NCBI GenBank assembly: GCA_965153285.1
Contig: OZ229113.1
DNA length: 64,000 nt
Reading direction: 5' to 3' (one strand)
Origin: Podarcis tiliguerta
Taxonomy: Eukaryota
The position numbers and the translations under genes are program-made. Positions 12,662-26,482 of this stretch are shown here, piece after piece; position 1 is the stretch's first letter, and each line of letters starts with the position of its first letter. The notes beneath the pieces were generated by a model, which saw only the letters and a program-made list of their open reading frames with translations, was not told where the DNA came from and searched no databases.

Positions 12662-13802
12662 TACATGTGTGCCTAGGTGGAGCACAATGGAAATGTGACA
12701 CACATTGGAACTGTGCATCCCACAGAAAGCAGTGCAGTGTTTTGAGTGGATACCCATGCTGAGAAGTACATTGAGTAAAACCTGATTTACAGCCGTGATT
12801 CCTGATTCAGCAAGTGATGTGCATGTAAATCGTTTCAGCTGGATAGGGATGCTGGGTGGAAAATCCCGTGTCAGTTTTCAGACATCAGGCTGACCTTCCT
12901 TCTTTTTCTCTTGCTAATGCTGGCTGTTAGTATTTACTGGAGTGAATGATGACAACTCCTTTCTCACCAGAAGGATATGCCCTACACTGTAGGGAGAAAA
13001 GTACAGCCCAGCACTTTTTGTGTTTCCCCACCCCTACCACAAGCTCCGTTCTTCATTTTTATCTCTTCCTGCCAGTGCTCTAGCAAGAGTGTGTTGGGGT
13101 GGGGGGGTGGGGAGGATGAGGCGCTGTGATAAGATAATACGGAACACACACTGATTCCTAAACAACATACAGAGAGACCCCTTGCACTTCATAGCATCCC
13201 ATTCCGATAGCACAGCGGGTAAACAGCAATAATCAGCATTACTCTTGCATACATGTCTGCCACTATCTCTCTAGGACAGTGCCACACGAAACCCTTTCTT
13301 CCTTGCCTTGCTGCTCAGTTGGGCATAGATACCACAATGCACGAACTACCAATATACAAATCTAACCAGCCAGTTAAACATTTGCTCTTGAGCAGACTGT
13401 CAGTATGCATCTGTCATTCTTTCAAGAATAAATAAAATTTAAACATTTTAAAAGCTGATTTTTCCATGTCGTTTATACATTGTTATTGGCTAAAGAACAT
13501 GGCAATTTCCCATCTGCTTGTTAGAAAAGGATACAGCCATGGGCACCTACTGGGTGGGGGCAGCGGGGCAGCTGACCCCCAGATCCCCACCTTTCATTTT
13601 AAAAAATTGGATTTGTAGAACCTAAAATAGAAGGCAAAATATACAGAAACTCTTATTTATCATTTATGAGAAACTAGCCTTCTTTCCCCTTTCTTTGTGC
13701 TTCCTTGCTCTCTCCCCTGACCCACTGCAAGAATTCCTGTGACTGCCAGGTGGTGAAAGGCAAGTTTTTATGTAGTCAGGCAACAGCGACACCCAAAGAC
13801 AT

Positions 13803-13827
13803 TTTATTATTATTTATTATTATTATT

Positions 13828-13871
<44 letters not shown>
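13803..13871. repeat. Compound microsatellite (TTA)n(GTT)n
   Basis: Directly visible. Produces the poly-Ile/poly-Val run in ORF 13705..13944. Confidence 0.95.
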
Positions 13872-15423
13872 GCTATACAGGCCTCGCTTCCTGCTTATGT
13901 CTATTGATCTAAATCTGATGTGGGTGCTTGTGGCTCAACTCTGACTTCCATAGGCCAACCTTGCTAGGGCTGATGGGAGCTATACTTCTGCTCTAAATTC
14001 CACTCCCTGGAGTGACCTACTCCGCTTTGCTGCCTGGTAGGGCCAGCCTCGCCAACCAAAATCAAGTGGCAAAGCCTTTTATTTTATTTTTCTGCTTGTT
14101 CAACTTCAATATGGGTTCAATATACAGCTGCTTGCTCCCTGCCTCCATCCAACACATTGCCTGTACAAACAACTTTTGGCAAGTAGAAGAGATCAGCCTA
14201 ATGTTCTCCCTGATTCTCCCTGATATTTCCCCCAGCAATATATTAGATGTGAGGGGACACTAAACATACAAATCACCTACCTGCAGCTGAAGTGGAACCA
14301 CCTAGCAAATGGGAGTGCCCCTTGATTTTGAGCTATTGTGCCATTATTCTCTGGAATATTTGCGACCAATTAACTGGTTCTCCTGGTTTGTTAATTGTTA
14401 TTGTTATGCACTGGGCATGTCAAAGGCACAAATCACTTTCATTCAAAATGAAAAATAAAAAAGGATGGTATTGTATTTATTTAGAGAATTTATAAACCCT
14501 ACAAAGGTGTACAAAAAAAAGTACGGATACTGGATATATTGTCAATATATAGATTTCTTCCATCTTCATCATTCTACTTTGCTATTCTTTAAACTTTGCC
14601 ATAACACCCCCTGCCCCCAAAAAAGCAACATACAATGGCATCCCTGATATAAAGCTTTACTATCCATCCACCCCCAACCTTTCGCCGGCTTTTTTGTTCT
14701 TTGATTGTTTTTTTAATTTAGTTTTTATTAAAGATTTTTTTGTGATACAAACCGAAAAAATAAACTAGGAAAAGTACATATGGTGTCTTCACTTCCAATT
14801 CGTAGAGTCTTTTTTCACAGTTTGTTTACATTTGGTATGATACACCATTGTCATAGACTTGAGGGGGAAAGAGAGGGGGGAGTGAGAGGGTTGGTTTTCA
14901 TTTTATTGCATAGTTTTTGTGCAGGTTTTTTTCTCTCAGTGTTTCACAGGTAGGTCCTTTATTTATATAGTTATTTGTTTTTATTGGCATTGTGAGAGAT
15001 TGGAGGGTCCAGGGATTGATTCGGATGTTTGCAGTATGGTGTGTTTGTTCTTTGGTGATTTTAAGCAAGGCAGTGGAAGCCCACAATTCAGATGAGTCAA
15101 GATGAGTCAAAGGTCCCTGCAGCTTCCTAGTGGTTGACTGTTGCGCTGAAATTGCCTAGTCACTGGAAAAATGGCACATCAGTGGCTGGGGATTGGGAGA
15201 TAGTTTCCTTCAGTATGAGAACATGCACACATAGCTCTTTAGCCACATACCTGAGAATTAATAGTATCATTACTCAACTTCCCGGATGCTTTTCTTGCTG
15301 CTTTGCCAGAAGTCCTCAGGGAATGAAGTCCACATGTGTGCTTGCAAACTTTAAAGCACCTTTATTTCTACCCACCTCTTTTCTTAAATCATTTTCTTGC
15401 GGGCTACCTGTCACCATATTGAA

Positions 15424-15437
15424 GTAACCATAGCAAC
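15424..15437. promoter_or_regulatory. RFX X-box motif
   Basis: GTAACCATAGCAAC, with an extra half-site TAGCAAC about 10 bp downstream. Function untested. Confidence 0.4.
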
Positions 15438-15814
15438 CAACTCAGGTAGCAACAAGACTGGGATGCCCAGCAGGAACATCCTTATATTTGATCCCTGACA
15501 AGGTGAGCTATTAATCCACCACTGTATACTAGCACAGCACAGTGGAGCACCTCAGATCTATTCCTTCTGGAGGTTGCAGAGCTGCTGCCTTCCTTGAAAT
15601 GGTAGATTTTTCTCCCCTCATTTTCATTTGTGTCGGTCAGCCCAGGTCCCTTTTCAGTTTTCTAATTCCCAATTTGGCAGTAGTTATTTTCATTAAAGTC
15701 ATACATGCACTTAAAAAAAAAAGCATAAATATGGAGTGGCGCAATATAGAGTCAAAGTTTAAAGATTGGTTTGTGAGGCTGGCATTAGCTACATCTACGC
15801 AGCATGGTGAATAT

Positions 15815-16200
15815 TTATATATTTTATTTTAATACATCCTTCCTCCCAAAGGAGCCCAGAACAGCAAACACATTCATGAAAGAATATAGTTTAAAAAAAC
15901 CAGTTTTTAAAAAATCTTCTAAAGCAGTTAACATTTTATTTAAAAGTTAAGATCTTTTAAAAAATAAAACTACACATACATAACCACCGGCTCTCATAGC
16001 TAATAATATCACAGTGGCCAAAATCTTTCAGCCACCATATGCCTGGGGAATGTTTTTAGATTCTTCCTGAAGGTTAAGAATGAGCAAGACTAGAGAGGGC
16101 ATTCCACAAAGTGAGAACCACCACCAAGAAGGCCCTGTCATGGGTAACTGCCAACAGGGCAACCTATGCAGGACCAACCCTGCTAGTTGTAGGGTCTAAG
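15815..16200 (-). mobile_element. Degenerate LINE (L2-like) 3' end
   Basis: ATTTT-rich tail, then CCTTCCTCCCAAAGGAGCCCAG and GAGAGGGCATTCCACAAAG...CCACCACCAAGAAGGCCCTG. I recognise these as typical squamate L2 3' segments. Boundaries approximate. Confidence 0.5.
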
Positions 16201-17409
16201 GTGGTAGATACTGGGAAAGGTGATCTTTTAGGTACTTTTGCAGGTCCATTTTAGAGGGAGGTTATAAAAAATTATAAGATTATATATGCAGAGTATGTCA
16301 ATGCCAAGTACTGTGTGTAGAATCCACAGCCAAAATCCACCATCACCTTCCCTGAAAACATTCTCCCCCTGTAAAAATAGGGATTGATATTCTCCTGCTT
16401 TCTCGATGGTGGTCATAACTTTCCCCAAAAATTTCAGGAGAGAATTTCTGCCTGCCTCAGAGCCCTTTGCCACGAATTGCAGCTAGTGGGAAGTTCCAGA
16501 GAAGCCCTTGTGCCACTTTCCACTGGCCAGACTTCCCAGAATTCCTTGGGAGTGTTGTGTTTTTCTCAGCAAGCTAGTAATCTGAAGGTTTTCTGTGTAC
16601 AGCCAGCTACCCTAAACGCCTTTTGATTTCTGACCGGTGTGTGTGAAGAGGAAATTAATTAAACGGAAAGTGAGAAGTCGAGCCATTGGGTAATTAGGGG
16701 CTCTCGAACAGAACTGCGAGTCCTCCCTATGCATCTGGCTCTGTGTGCACTACTATGACATTTAGCATCTTATTATCTATATAGAATCATCAAGTGCATG
16801 GCATTTTGCAGAGTACAAGAGGACAGGTTTCTTGCTGCAAGGAGTTTACTGTCTATGATCTGACACAGCAACACAGAGGAATGCAGGAAAGTGGGGGCAA
16901 AGGATAACTTGGGGGGGAAATATGAATTATTACAGTGACATATACAGTACTTAGATGTATGTAGAGTAGGGCATGAGGCCTAGGAGGTTGTGCACAGGCT
17001 ACTTTTGAGGAGGCAGTTCAGGGGCGAAGGCACAGCAAAGGTGAAGTCTTTTGAACCTCCAGTCAGTGTTCTTGTTCCAACAACCTTAGTGAAACCTAGT
17101 GAATCTCAAAAACTAGGAAATGCTCAAACAATATAACTATAAAGTTCACCTTACAATGGCCACCACAGTCCCTTCTAAACCCACACCTCAAATAAATTCC
17201 AAATCCTGTGAGTCTGACTTTAAAACAGATTTCCTATTAATTTCAGCGGGTGCTTCCATTGGTTGGGATGAAGGTGGGCATTTCACAACCATATACCCTG
17301 TGCTTTTTGCCCCAATTTCACCTTTTCATTATTACTGTCTGCAACACATCCATGGTTACATCTACAAGCTAGTAAAACATATGACTTGTGCATGAAGAAT
17401 GCTTGCGCT

Positions 17410-17574
17410 CAGTGCTTTTTTTCTAAAAAATATGTTTGGGGTACTCTCATTTTGACTCAAGAAAATCACCATTTTATAGTTCAAATCGGGGAAAATAAAT
17501 ACAGTAAATGGACAAAAGTACAAAGATTCACAAAATGCTTAGGGGTCTGCGTCCCCCCCAGAAAAAAAAGACTG
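17410..17574. mobile_element. Non-autonomous DNA transposon (hAT-like MITE)
   Basis: TIRs CAGTGCTTTTTTTCT...AGAAAAAAAAGACTG. Degenerate 8-bp flanks CTTGCGCT / GTTGCACT (6/8). Confidence 0.7.
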
Positions 17575-18744
17575 GTTGCACTTATTCTTTGTTAGAGATC
17601 TCCAACCCTATCCACTACAGAATCACAGTTTTTAGGGTCACATGCAGAGAATAAAGTCTTAACAGGCATTTGCTATCCCTGGAGAAGTCTGGGAACTGCA
17701 GTTCTATAGATGATGGGGCTAATGATTTCTGACAAAGAATTCATCAAACTATGGGTTCTTGGATACTTTTGATAAGTTCAAAGGCAATAAGTGAAACTGG
17801 CATAAAAGTATTTCCTCCATGTTCTACTTTTAAAAATATTTAAGCTTCTTTGCCTGAATGCATGAAGCAACCAGGTGTATTTCAATGTGGCAATGCAAGT
17901 TGGAATTTTGTGGGTATGAATTTGTTTCACTAGAAACCATTTGCAAAACCTCCTCCACTTCCAAGTCCACCATCCTTCCCTCAACAGCCTTGGCAGCCAA
18001 CAAAAAGTGTATTGTGGAGCCAAACGCAGTAGAGCGCTTAAGAATAGTGAGCTGGGAAATGAGAGCTGAAAGAGGAGAACTGTGGTGCAGCAATTGGTTT
18101 GATCTGGTGAATAAATTGCTATTTTCAGATTCAATTTGTATCAATAGGCAAAGCACTGTACACCTTCAGATTCTGTCACACTCAGTATCCACAACCCTGA
18201 TGCAGCCAGTCTTAAACAATCTTCCTATTATTGACAATAATTATAACTGCAAAAAGTTATTATTTTTAAAATCTTATGGTATTTCTTTGCTCCAATAATA
18301 ATAGTAGTAGTAGTAACAAAAACCACTTAAAATAGTAGGGAAGGATTTTTGTTTTGTTTTATTTTGCCTGATTGCTTCTGGGAAAGAACTGCAAACATTT
18401 ACTAATTCAGATAATGCTACAGCTGTTCACTATTGGCTATTTTTGAAAGAGTCCAGAGCCTGCTGCTCATGCACCAAAAGGACTTAAGCTTTATTAAACA
18501 TGACTGGAAGCTGGAACTACAGAGTGCTCTTTTCCCAGTACGTTGAAAATTATACTCTGCTAATTTAGAACATATGATGTAACAGTGCAGGAGGGGAACA
18601 GGTTGGATGTGTGATTATGTCAGTGCATAATTAAAGCTCATGCTTATTTTGGGAAACTATGCTGTTTGTCAGGGTGAATAGTGTTGGCCTTCCAGGTAAG
18701 CCCTCTGCCACACTTTCTGCAGATGCTGCAGGGCTTGTTTTGCA

Positions 18745-18754
18745 GTGTGGTGTG

Positions 18755-18788
<34 letters not shown>
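18745..18788. repeat. (TG)n microsatellite
   Basis: Directly visible; imperfect at the 5' side. Confidence 0.95.
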
Positions 18789-18792
<4 letters not shown>

Positions 18793-21245
18793 AGCCTTTG
18801 TGTTATTCGTAGCATGGAAGAAAATTGGCGTCCACAGATCTAGTTGGCAGTTGAAGCACATGCTGCAGCGATAAGGGCAGGAGGAGACACTACTGGGACT
18901 CGTTGGAGGGCATCTGGGCAGCCCATTGTGCTTCCATTTTTGTGAACTTTCTAACACTGATCTTGTAGATACAAAGATGTCTTCACAAAGGCTTGGAGCA
19001 AATACATTTCAAAGCGTTGCTCTGAGATCTTGTTGTGTTGTGTCAAGCAGAGATTAGCATCTTCTGTGTAGGCTGATTCCTTGTTAGTGAGACCCTGATA
19101 GCAAGAGATGTTCCTCGAACCAGCCGAAGATACTCAGTGATTTTCACATGGTTGGTGGCGGCAAGGTGGGGTGCTCCCCACATGCCAGGGTAGGGGCTGG
19201 AGAGAAACAGCTGGAAGTTGCATTACAGCAAGTGAAAGTCTGAAATCCAAACTGATGTGATGTAAAAATAAGGCCCACAGCAATGGCAGCTTGCTTGTCA
19301 GGAGAACTGTGAGCGTGCTTTCACAGCTGAACCATCAGACAAGCCTACCAGCTAATCCAGCGCTGGTTCAGATGTTTCATTCTTGCCATGCCAGCTCCTT
19401 CCCTCCCTACTGCTTCCCCTTGGGCAAAGTTAGCAAAGTGCCCTCCCACTGTTGGTCTGGAGCAGGAGTGGGGCAAACTCCTCCCAAATCAAGCACCTGC
19501 CGATGTGGTCCGCCATTAACTTATCCCAGCCCGAGGTGGAGGAGGCGGCGATGTGAGCAAAGGCAAAGCTGACAGGTTGATCCACCATTATTTATTTGTC
19601 TGACAGCTCGGTTGTGAAGGCAGGCTCTCAGGGTGACTGGGAAATGTCTTTTAAGGCCTCTTTTTGTGCCGTGTCTGTTTTCAGCCTGCGTTTTGCAGTT
19701 GGGTTTCAGGATGTTCAGAGAGCCATATTATTGCGTGGTTTGGAGCAGACAGTGTTCCCTTTGGGGAACCGATGCTGCTTTAAAGAGTAGCACTGTCTGC
19801 TCTTCCATAATCGATAGAACAGAAATGCCTTAAGCCTCAGATAGTTACTCATCTGAAAGAACCTGACCATGTAGTGTAGGACTGGTGCCAGGTTTAGCAT
19901 GGCCTGGTGGAGAGGGTGGCAGACACAGAGCCGGTGAAATTCCTGGTGGTGAAATTGAAAGCAGAATTGCCTTCCCTTGAGGGAGGCAGGTGTGTGACAG
20001 GGCCTTGCTTGCACTTGCCATTTTAATCCCCCAGTGCCTTTGGGGTCCCTGAAAAGCATGGAACCATCTGGAGTGTTGCCCTATCAGGACCCCAGATACA
20101 GTATAAGTAAATTAAAATGGCATGTTCCAGCAACACCACTTGCCAGCTATACCACCTAGAGTTAGCAAGTATTGAGGCATGCCTGCCTCATGGTAAGAGA
20201 TTTATCTCCTGCCTTAGCTGCCTTTCTTTGCTGGAGGTTGAATGACTATGTATTATACTGAACTGCAGCATTTGGGGGTTGAGAGAAGCTTCGTTGATTT
20301 GTTGGGTTAGTCTGTGGTGGCATTTGGTTCTGGACCTAATTCCCCTTGCCACTGGAATCTGCCATTATCTTCTGGAATTCCTGGCAGAAGAAAAGTTATT
20401 GCTGGGGTGCTAGTAAAAGAGGTGATAGCAGCCGCAGAAGTGCCTGATATTTTTATACTAATTCCAACTATTATTGATCCAGTGTATTAATTGCCTTTTA
20501 AAATAAAAAAAAATCAATTCTCAATGAGACTTAGGAAACAGCCAAACCCCAATAACGACATGGAACCTTAAACATCGGAACAGTAAAATGCCAAAGTCTC
20601 GCGTCTGAGCCACATACAAAAATGAAGGTTCACATTGACCAGTAGCTGGGAATTACTGAAAGAAAGGGTTTTTCATCTGCTGGTGAAAGCAAGCCAAATA
20701 TTGTTTTGTGGTGGGTTGTCCAGGGCCAAAGGTGCTGCTACCTTTGCGGAGGTTCTGGGTGATGTATCTTCTGGCTGGGGAGGGGAGAGGAAGTTGCTGC
20801 CTTTGCTGCCCATTCCGCCTCTTAGCGTCTTTGGAGTTTCCATTGGCCTCATAAACCCTAAGGTGGGATTGGATAGGCTGGGTTCATGGCCACCCTAGTC
20901 ACTTTGAGGAAAGCTTGGTTAATTGTATGGTGACATATTATCCCACATTTTGCATCTGCTGGCCAATGGCCATCACCACACATCTGGTAGTGTTAGGTAG
21001 CTTCTGGACCTGTGCCCCCAAATCTGGTGCTAATGGTGCCACTGCGCTGGGTGTGGTATTCCATAAGGTAGGCATCTCTACAAACAATAACAGCAACAAT
21101 AATGTTCTCTACTGAGTGGCCCCATCAATCTCACCTCTGTAAAATGGGGAAAAAATATGGAGAAAGGCAGCATCACAATATTTGTTTTTAAAACGTTTGT
21201 TGCCTTTCTTTATAGGGACACTGAAAGTGATTTAAAACAGATATA

Positions 21246-21485
21246 CAGTGGTACCTCAGTTTAAGAACAGTCCTGTTTAAGAACGATTCGGTTTACGAAC
21301 TCGGCAAAACCGCAAGTAGTGTCTCGGTTTGCGAACTTTACCTTGGCCTGAGAACGGAATCTGAATGGTGGAAGGGCACCGGCGGTGGGAGGCCTCATTA
21401 GGGGAAGTGTGCCTCGTTTAATAAAGGTTTCGGTTTAAGAACAGGCTTCCGGAATGGATTAAGTTCATAAACCGAGGTACCACTG
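21246..21485. mobile_element. Tc1/mariner-type MITE, CAGTGGTACCTC TIR family, second subfamily
   Basis: TA|CAGTGGTACCTC...GAGGTACCACTG|TA. Internal sequence with GGTTTAAGAAC-type repeats differs from the 5680 and 38886 copies. Confidence 0.9.
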
Positions 21486-23904
21486 TAACAATAAAAACAA
21501 ATATGTAAAACAAACAGCAACAAAGAAATAAAACAGCAGAATTAAACACTTGCCCCCCCCCATAAGTATGTGTGATTCCATTGACAATTAAGGAACCAAA
21601 GTTGCACTACAGATTGCACTCTGTTAAGACTGATGACAATTTTTTGTTTTGCTGCCTGTCTTGGTTTCTAAACATGGCACATTGCTTGAAATATCCTGGA
21701 TAAGTTTCTTCCTATCATCCTCTGGCTTCGATGTGCTTGTATAGAAATCTATCACCATTTTACCCATTGAAATTGGTAGAACAATTGAATCTCTTTATGT
21801 TGTTGGTGGTGTTACGTATAAAGGTAATGGTTGCTTAATTTCACATCTTGACAGAATCACCCCCTCTTGCTCTGCAAAGGGTTTTTCATGTGCCCTTTAC
21901 TGTAAGTTTAAAAAGCAGTAAAAAGTTAAAAACAAACATCAGTAAGCCGTTGAGGAAGGATGTTATGAAAGAAAGGGACTTAGGAGCATGAACAGAACAT
22001 TTCCCCTTCACCATTCCTGAGCCACAGCTAAGATTCCAGGAACTGTTTAGCCACAGAACCTGTCGCTTTCATCCTGAACTTTCATCCTGTTAACCTTCAT
22101 CCCAATCAAGCCTTTCTGACCTACAACCCATTATTCCAATATTTATATTGGAGCCTTGTTTATTTCCTGTGGAGCCATATCTCAGAAGGCTGATCTTTCT
22201 AGATTCAGATTTTAGTGCGTTCAACAATTATAAAGGTGTAGGGTGTGTCAGACCTCCTCACAAAGCCAAGTACAGGTCATCAACTTTATATGATGAAACA
22301 CCAGTGGATGGATAAACCCTCTATTTTGCCAATTGCCTTAAAACTATGTTTTATATCATATGAAGTCTTGGGTGTATGTCTGGCATGCTCTTGTTTTGCG
22401 TACTTTGTGCAATTCCTTGCATATTCCTTGCATATTTCTCACCACTGCTTCCAAGATACAGCATATTGTGAATCTGAGTTGTGCAAATGTGAATGGACAG
22501 ACTTGAATCTTTGGGATTTCCCCCCCCCCCCATCTCTTGTCAGAATTTTTCATGAATGCCTAGCTATTCCTAGCTAATGCCTAGCTGAGAGGAAACAGAA
22601 CTTGCAGGGGTGGAGAGCAGCTGTTCCAAATACTGTAATGTAGGAGGAAAGTCCATGCACTGTGTGTTTAAGAGGATGGACAAATGTGTGATGCAAAGAC
22701 ATTTTAAAATGCTTCTCATACACTATCTCAGTAAACCTTAACACAACCTATAAGGTCTGTCACTGCTATATGTGTTCTCCCTATTGAAGATGGGAATCAT
22801 GATTTGAGACTGAGAAATACTGGTTTGCCTGTGGCCACCTTGTAAGCTTGTGAATCAAGTTCCTCTCAGAACACACATGGTATAGTGTAATATTGTAGAG
22901 TGTGATATATACTATGTTATGCAGACAATGCATGTGAAGCAATCCGGGAAGTTTGAGAAGCAGCGCTGTCTAACTGCAAGGTGTTAGTCCTGTCTTGACT
23001 CAGGAGAAGACTAAAGCAGCAATCCAACCTGCTGTGCAGGGGAGATCAAAACATCTCCACCAGCCTCCACCCACCACACTGAAAGAGCAGGTGAACACAA
23101 GTACCATCACAGGGTTCCCACAGTGGAAGCCCACATAAAGCCCCCAAGTGGTGCATTGTGGGGGACAAGCTGAGCTGGCCTAGAACCACTGGAAACTTAG
23201 TCAGTCCCACTGTCATTGCTAGATCACACAGAGCACGATTTTGCCTCTCTCCTGGTTTGGTTTGTGTGGCTGTGGATTTGGTGGTGGCAACACTGACACC
23301 TCTCCCTGTAGGGTAAGGATGAGAACCTGCAATGTTTTGTACATAAAGGGAATATTTTAATATGTTTAAAAATAACAAAAACAAAACAACAACACCTGGA
23401 AACTACTATTGCACTTTTTCATAAAGCACTGAAGGTTGTGTTAGGTGTGGTGCTGTACAATAACGAACAAGCATATATTTCTGCTTGCAAAGTCTGCTGT
23501 GTGCAACAGCAAGGAAGTGTGACTTTTTGGGTGGTAAACTTTCGATTCTGAAAATCTCTTCTGAAAATGTCGAGCAGCTTGTCACTTTTGGAATTCTAAC
23601 TCTTACTCCATCTGTTGCAATCAATTGTGCCTTTTAATGAGAATCAATGAAGTTTGGGGACTCCACTGGCAAGTGTTTAGTTTTTCTTTTTCTTTAACGT
23701 TTTGAACCAGTAAGTGCAAGATCAGGGCAGTTATGGAGAAGCAAAACGGGTGAGCAAAGCCAGATGGTGGGGAGGGCGGAGCGTTAAGTAGGGATTGTGG
23801 GCAGGAAATGAGAATGGCTGAAAATAGTCTGAATGGGGGAATATTCTCCCCATTGCTCTTTCTGCTCATCTGTGCTTTGTGCCCTTTGTTGAAAACTAAG
23901 GGCT

Positions 23905-24340
23905 TCATCATTTGTTGGCATTCACCTGTCTTGGGAGACAATGGAAGAGTGTGCCTTCGGGGGTGAAGTCAATCCATTGGAGATTTACAGCACCTGCTGT
24001 GGCTGTACAGACCAATAGGGAAGAGGCATGTTGCAACTGTAGCAGATGAAAGTATCCGGTTGTGCTGCTGCAGGTTCACCATGGCCTTTTTTCTCCAATT
24101 CCTCCTAGCACTCATCACTCCTATGGTCACTGCTGTAGATGCATGACCTGACAGCCTGTCTCCGGGTGCTGCAGTTGTCTGCAAGGGATTCCCAACTGGT
24201 GGGGTTAATGTTGCCAGCCTTCATAGCACATCTTGATTGTAATGCAGAGTTGGTCTGCCAACAGGCCTGGTTCCTGAAGCCAGCTACCCATAGATCCTTG
24301 GGGATCCTGCCATCTTCCATTGTATGGGCATGACCAAGTC
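23905..24340 (-). mobile_element. RTE-clade LINE, 3' end of ORF and 3' UTR (frameshifted)
   Basis: Minus-strand translations give MEDGRIPKD..., MKAGNINPTSWESLADN.ST.RQAV and IGLYSHSRCC. These are the typical RTE C-terminal motifs, including the terminal Cys/His knuckle. Confidence 0.85.
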
Positions 24341-26482
24341 AGCATGGACATCTCCCTTCTCCATTCCATCCCTCTCCCAGATCAGACTAGCTGCTCAAAG
24401 CATGAAACTTCTACCTGATCTTGCGGAAGGTGCGCATGGTCAACCTATTTCTAAGGTGCATGTGTATGTGATGGATTCAAGAGGTCTCACAGTTGACTTT
24501 TGTTTACTCACATTGCAATTAAAGAAAATGTGATTATATATAGGAAAGCAATATTAAGCCAGAAGTTGAAAATACTGTGACTGGGCTCACAATCACCCAA
24601 ACTATACCAAGGTAGGTTCTGTCAAGCCAGAAGGGTAGCTTGGTTGTCTGTCAAAATCCTAATAAATGGCAAAGAGAATCGCACTGCACCTGAGACACAA
24701 ATTTGTTGTGAAACAGTTATCTGCGAACATCCTCTGTCACAAAGAGAATGCCGGCTTGTTTGCCAGCAGTCTTGATTTATAATGAATTTGGATATTGCAA
24801 ACTTCCATACATAGGAACATGGTGCAAAGATGAAAATGGGACGTTGTGGTTACAGTATCCTACACTATAGTGTTAATATTTCTCCAGACTGGCTAGAGCC
24901 ACCTAGGTAATATTTCATCAAGCATTATTTTCCCCTTCATTCAACTCTGATGTGCTTACCCTTTGCTTTGGAGCTATAAAAGTATGTGCAGAGGTGAGGA
25001 GGGTTTTCACTGAAATGTCACCTTCAGTAAAATATGCAGGCATGTTTGCATGTTAGCGTGTGGTGGGGAGAGAGTAGGTTCGGTGACGCTGAATGTAACA
25101 TGTGAAAATGTCATATAATTAAATAAATTAGTGCCATTTCATTTAATATGTATGTATTTTTAAAAGCCTCTCTGAAAGAAGAAAGCAAAATGATGTGTGT
25201 TTGTGTTTCAACCTGTGCATGGACGGACACACATACACACGGATTTCTGATGGCCAGACACTTTGGGGAGTTTGCCTTTTCTGATGTATGTGTTTCATTA
25301 GCTTTTTCAATGCTTGGAGTTTTGTTTTTTTTCCCCTTCTCCCCAGCAGTTTTGTAGAGCCTTTAGAAGTTGTGTTAGTTAATTTATCCTTCCTAGTATG
25401 CTAAGGGGAATCCTTAAGGTAATAAATAGAGGCATAAAGCTCTTCAGGCTATGAGGCACATGGTAGGAAGCATGAAAATGAAATGTGGAAAGACAAACCC
25501 TAAGGTAAAGATGCTGGTAGTTTACACCCAGCAAGGGGATTATTTTTTCTTCCTTATAAAGTCAGCACTTATGATCAAATCAGCGGACTGCTGATCTATG
25601 TGAGGCCTGGTTCCTTGAGAGCAACTTTGCTGCAAAATTAAGTAGGGAAGAGCCAATAAGAATCACTGTTGCTTACCCCTGCTTATTCTGTAGCAGGAGC
25701 TTAAAGGCTAATATGCAGGACAGGGCAGGCATTAGAGGATGGAGGAGACTATAACTACTGAAATGAATGGATGGTCCTACTACTACATCTGGTCTCTGGA
25801 ATTTTGTTTAATACGGTAATGCTCTTAATGCAAAAACCAAAACACCTTACATCCTTTAATTTTTCACAGAATTTCCAGGGAAAACCTATTTTATGAAAAA
25901 TGAGCTGAACAACATAAATGGCTAAATGTTTGCCGAAATAACCTTGTACAGAACAAGTCAGAACATGGTAGAGGCAAAGCTTCATGGTCATCATGACCAA
26001 AAATTGGGCCCCAGCTCTAAGCACTCTTGGGGTGGCGTAAAGTATCTATCATTCTCTCCTTTCTCGTGGCAAAGGACTGAATTGACAAGGACCATTTATC
26101 TGTTCTTTTACTCCCCCCCTTCAAAAGCCAAACCCTGGCTGTTTGGTTTAAGAAATCATTATTTTTGGGGGGGGGGGTATGGTGAAATGGGAGGGATGAT
26201 TCCTAGAAAGATATTTTTGAGGCGCTTTTTGAATTGTGAGATCTGAAGCTACAACTTCCACTTTAGACTAACCACAAAATGGTAGGACCGAATGCTAAAC
26301 TGGGATTAATCTTAACTATGGTTTGAAGGTGACTTGTTTCCACTAACAAAAGATAAGACTAGCTGGAGTTTGTCTAGGTTCAGATATCATGACAACTGAT
26401 ATGGAAGTGAATCTTCCAGATTTGTGCAGATGCAGCCAGTGTTCTTAAGACTGGAATACCAGGTTAGTTGTCCATATGCCTT

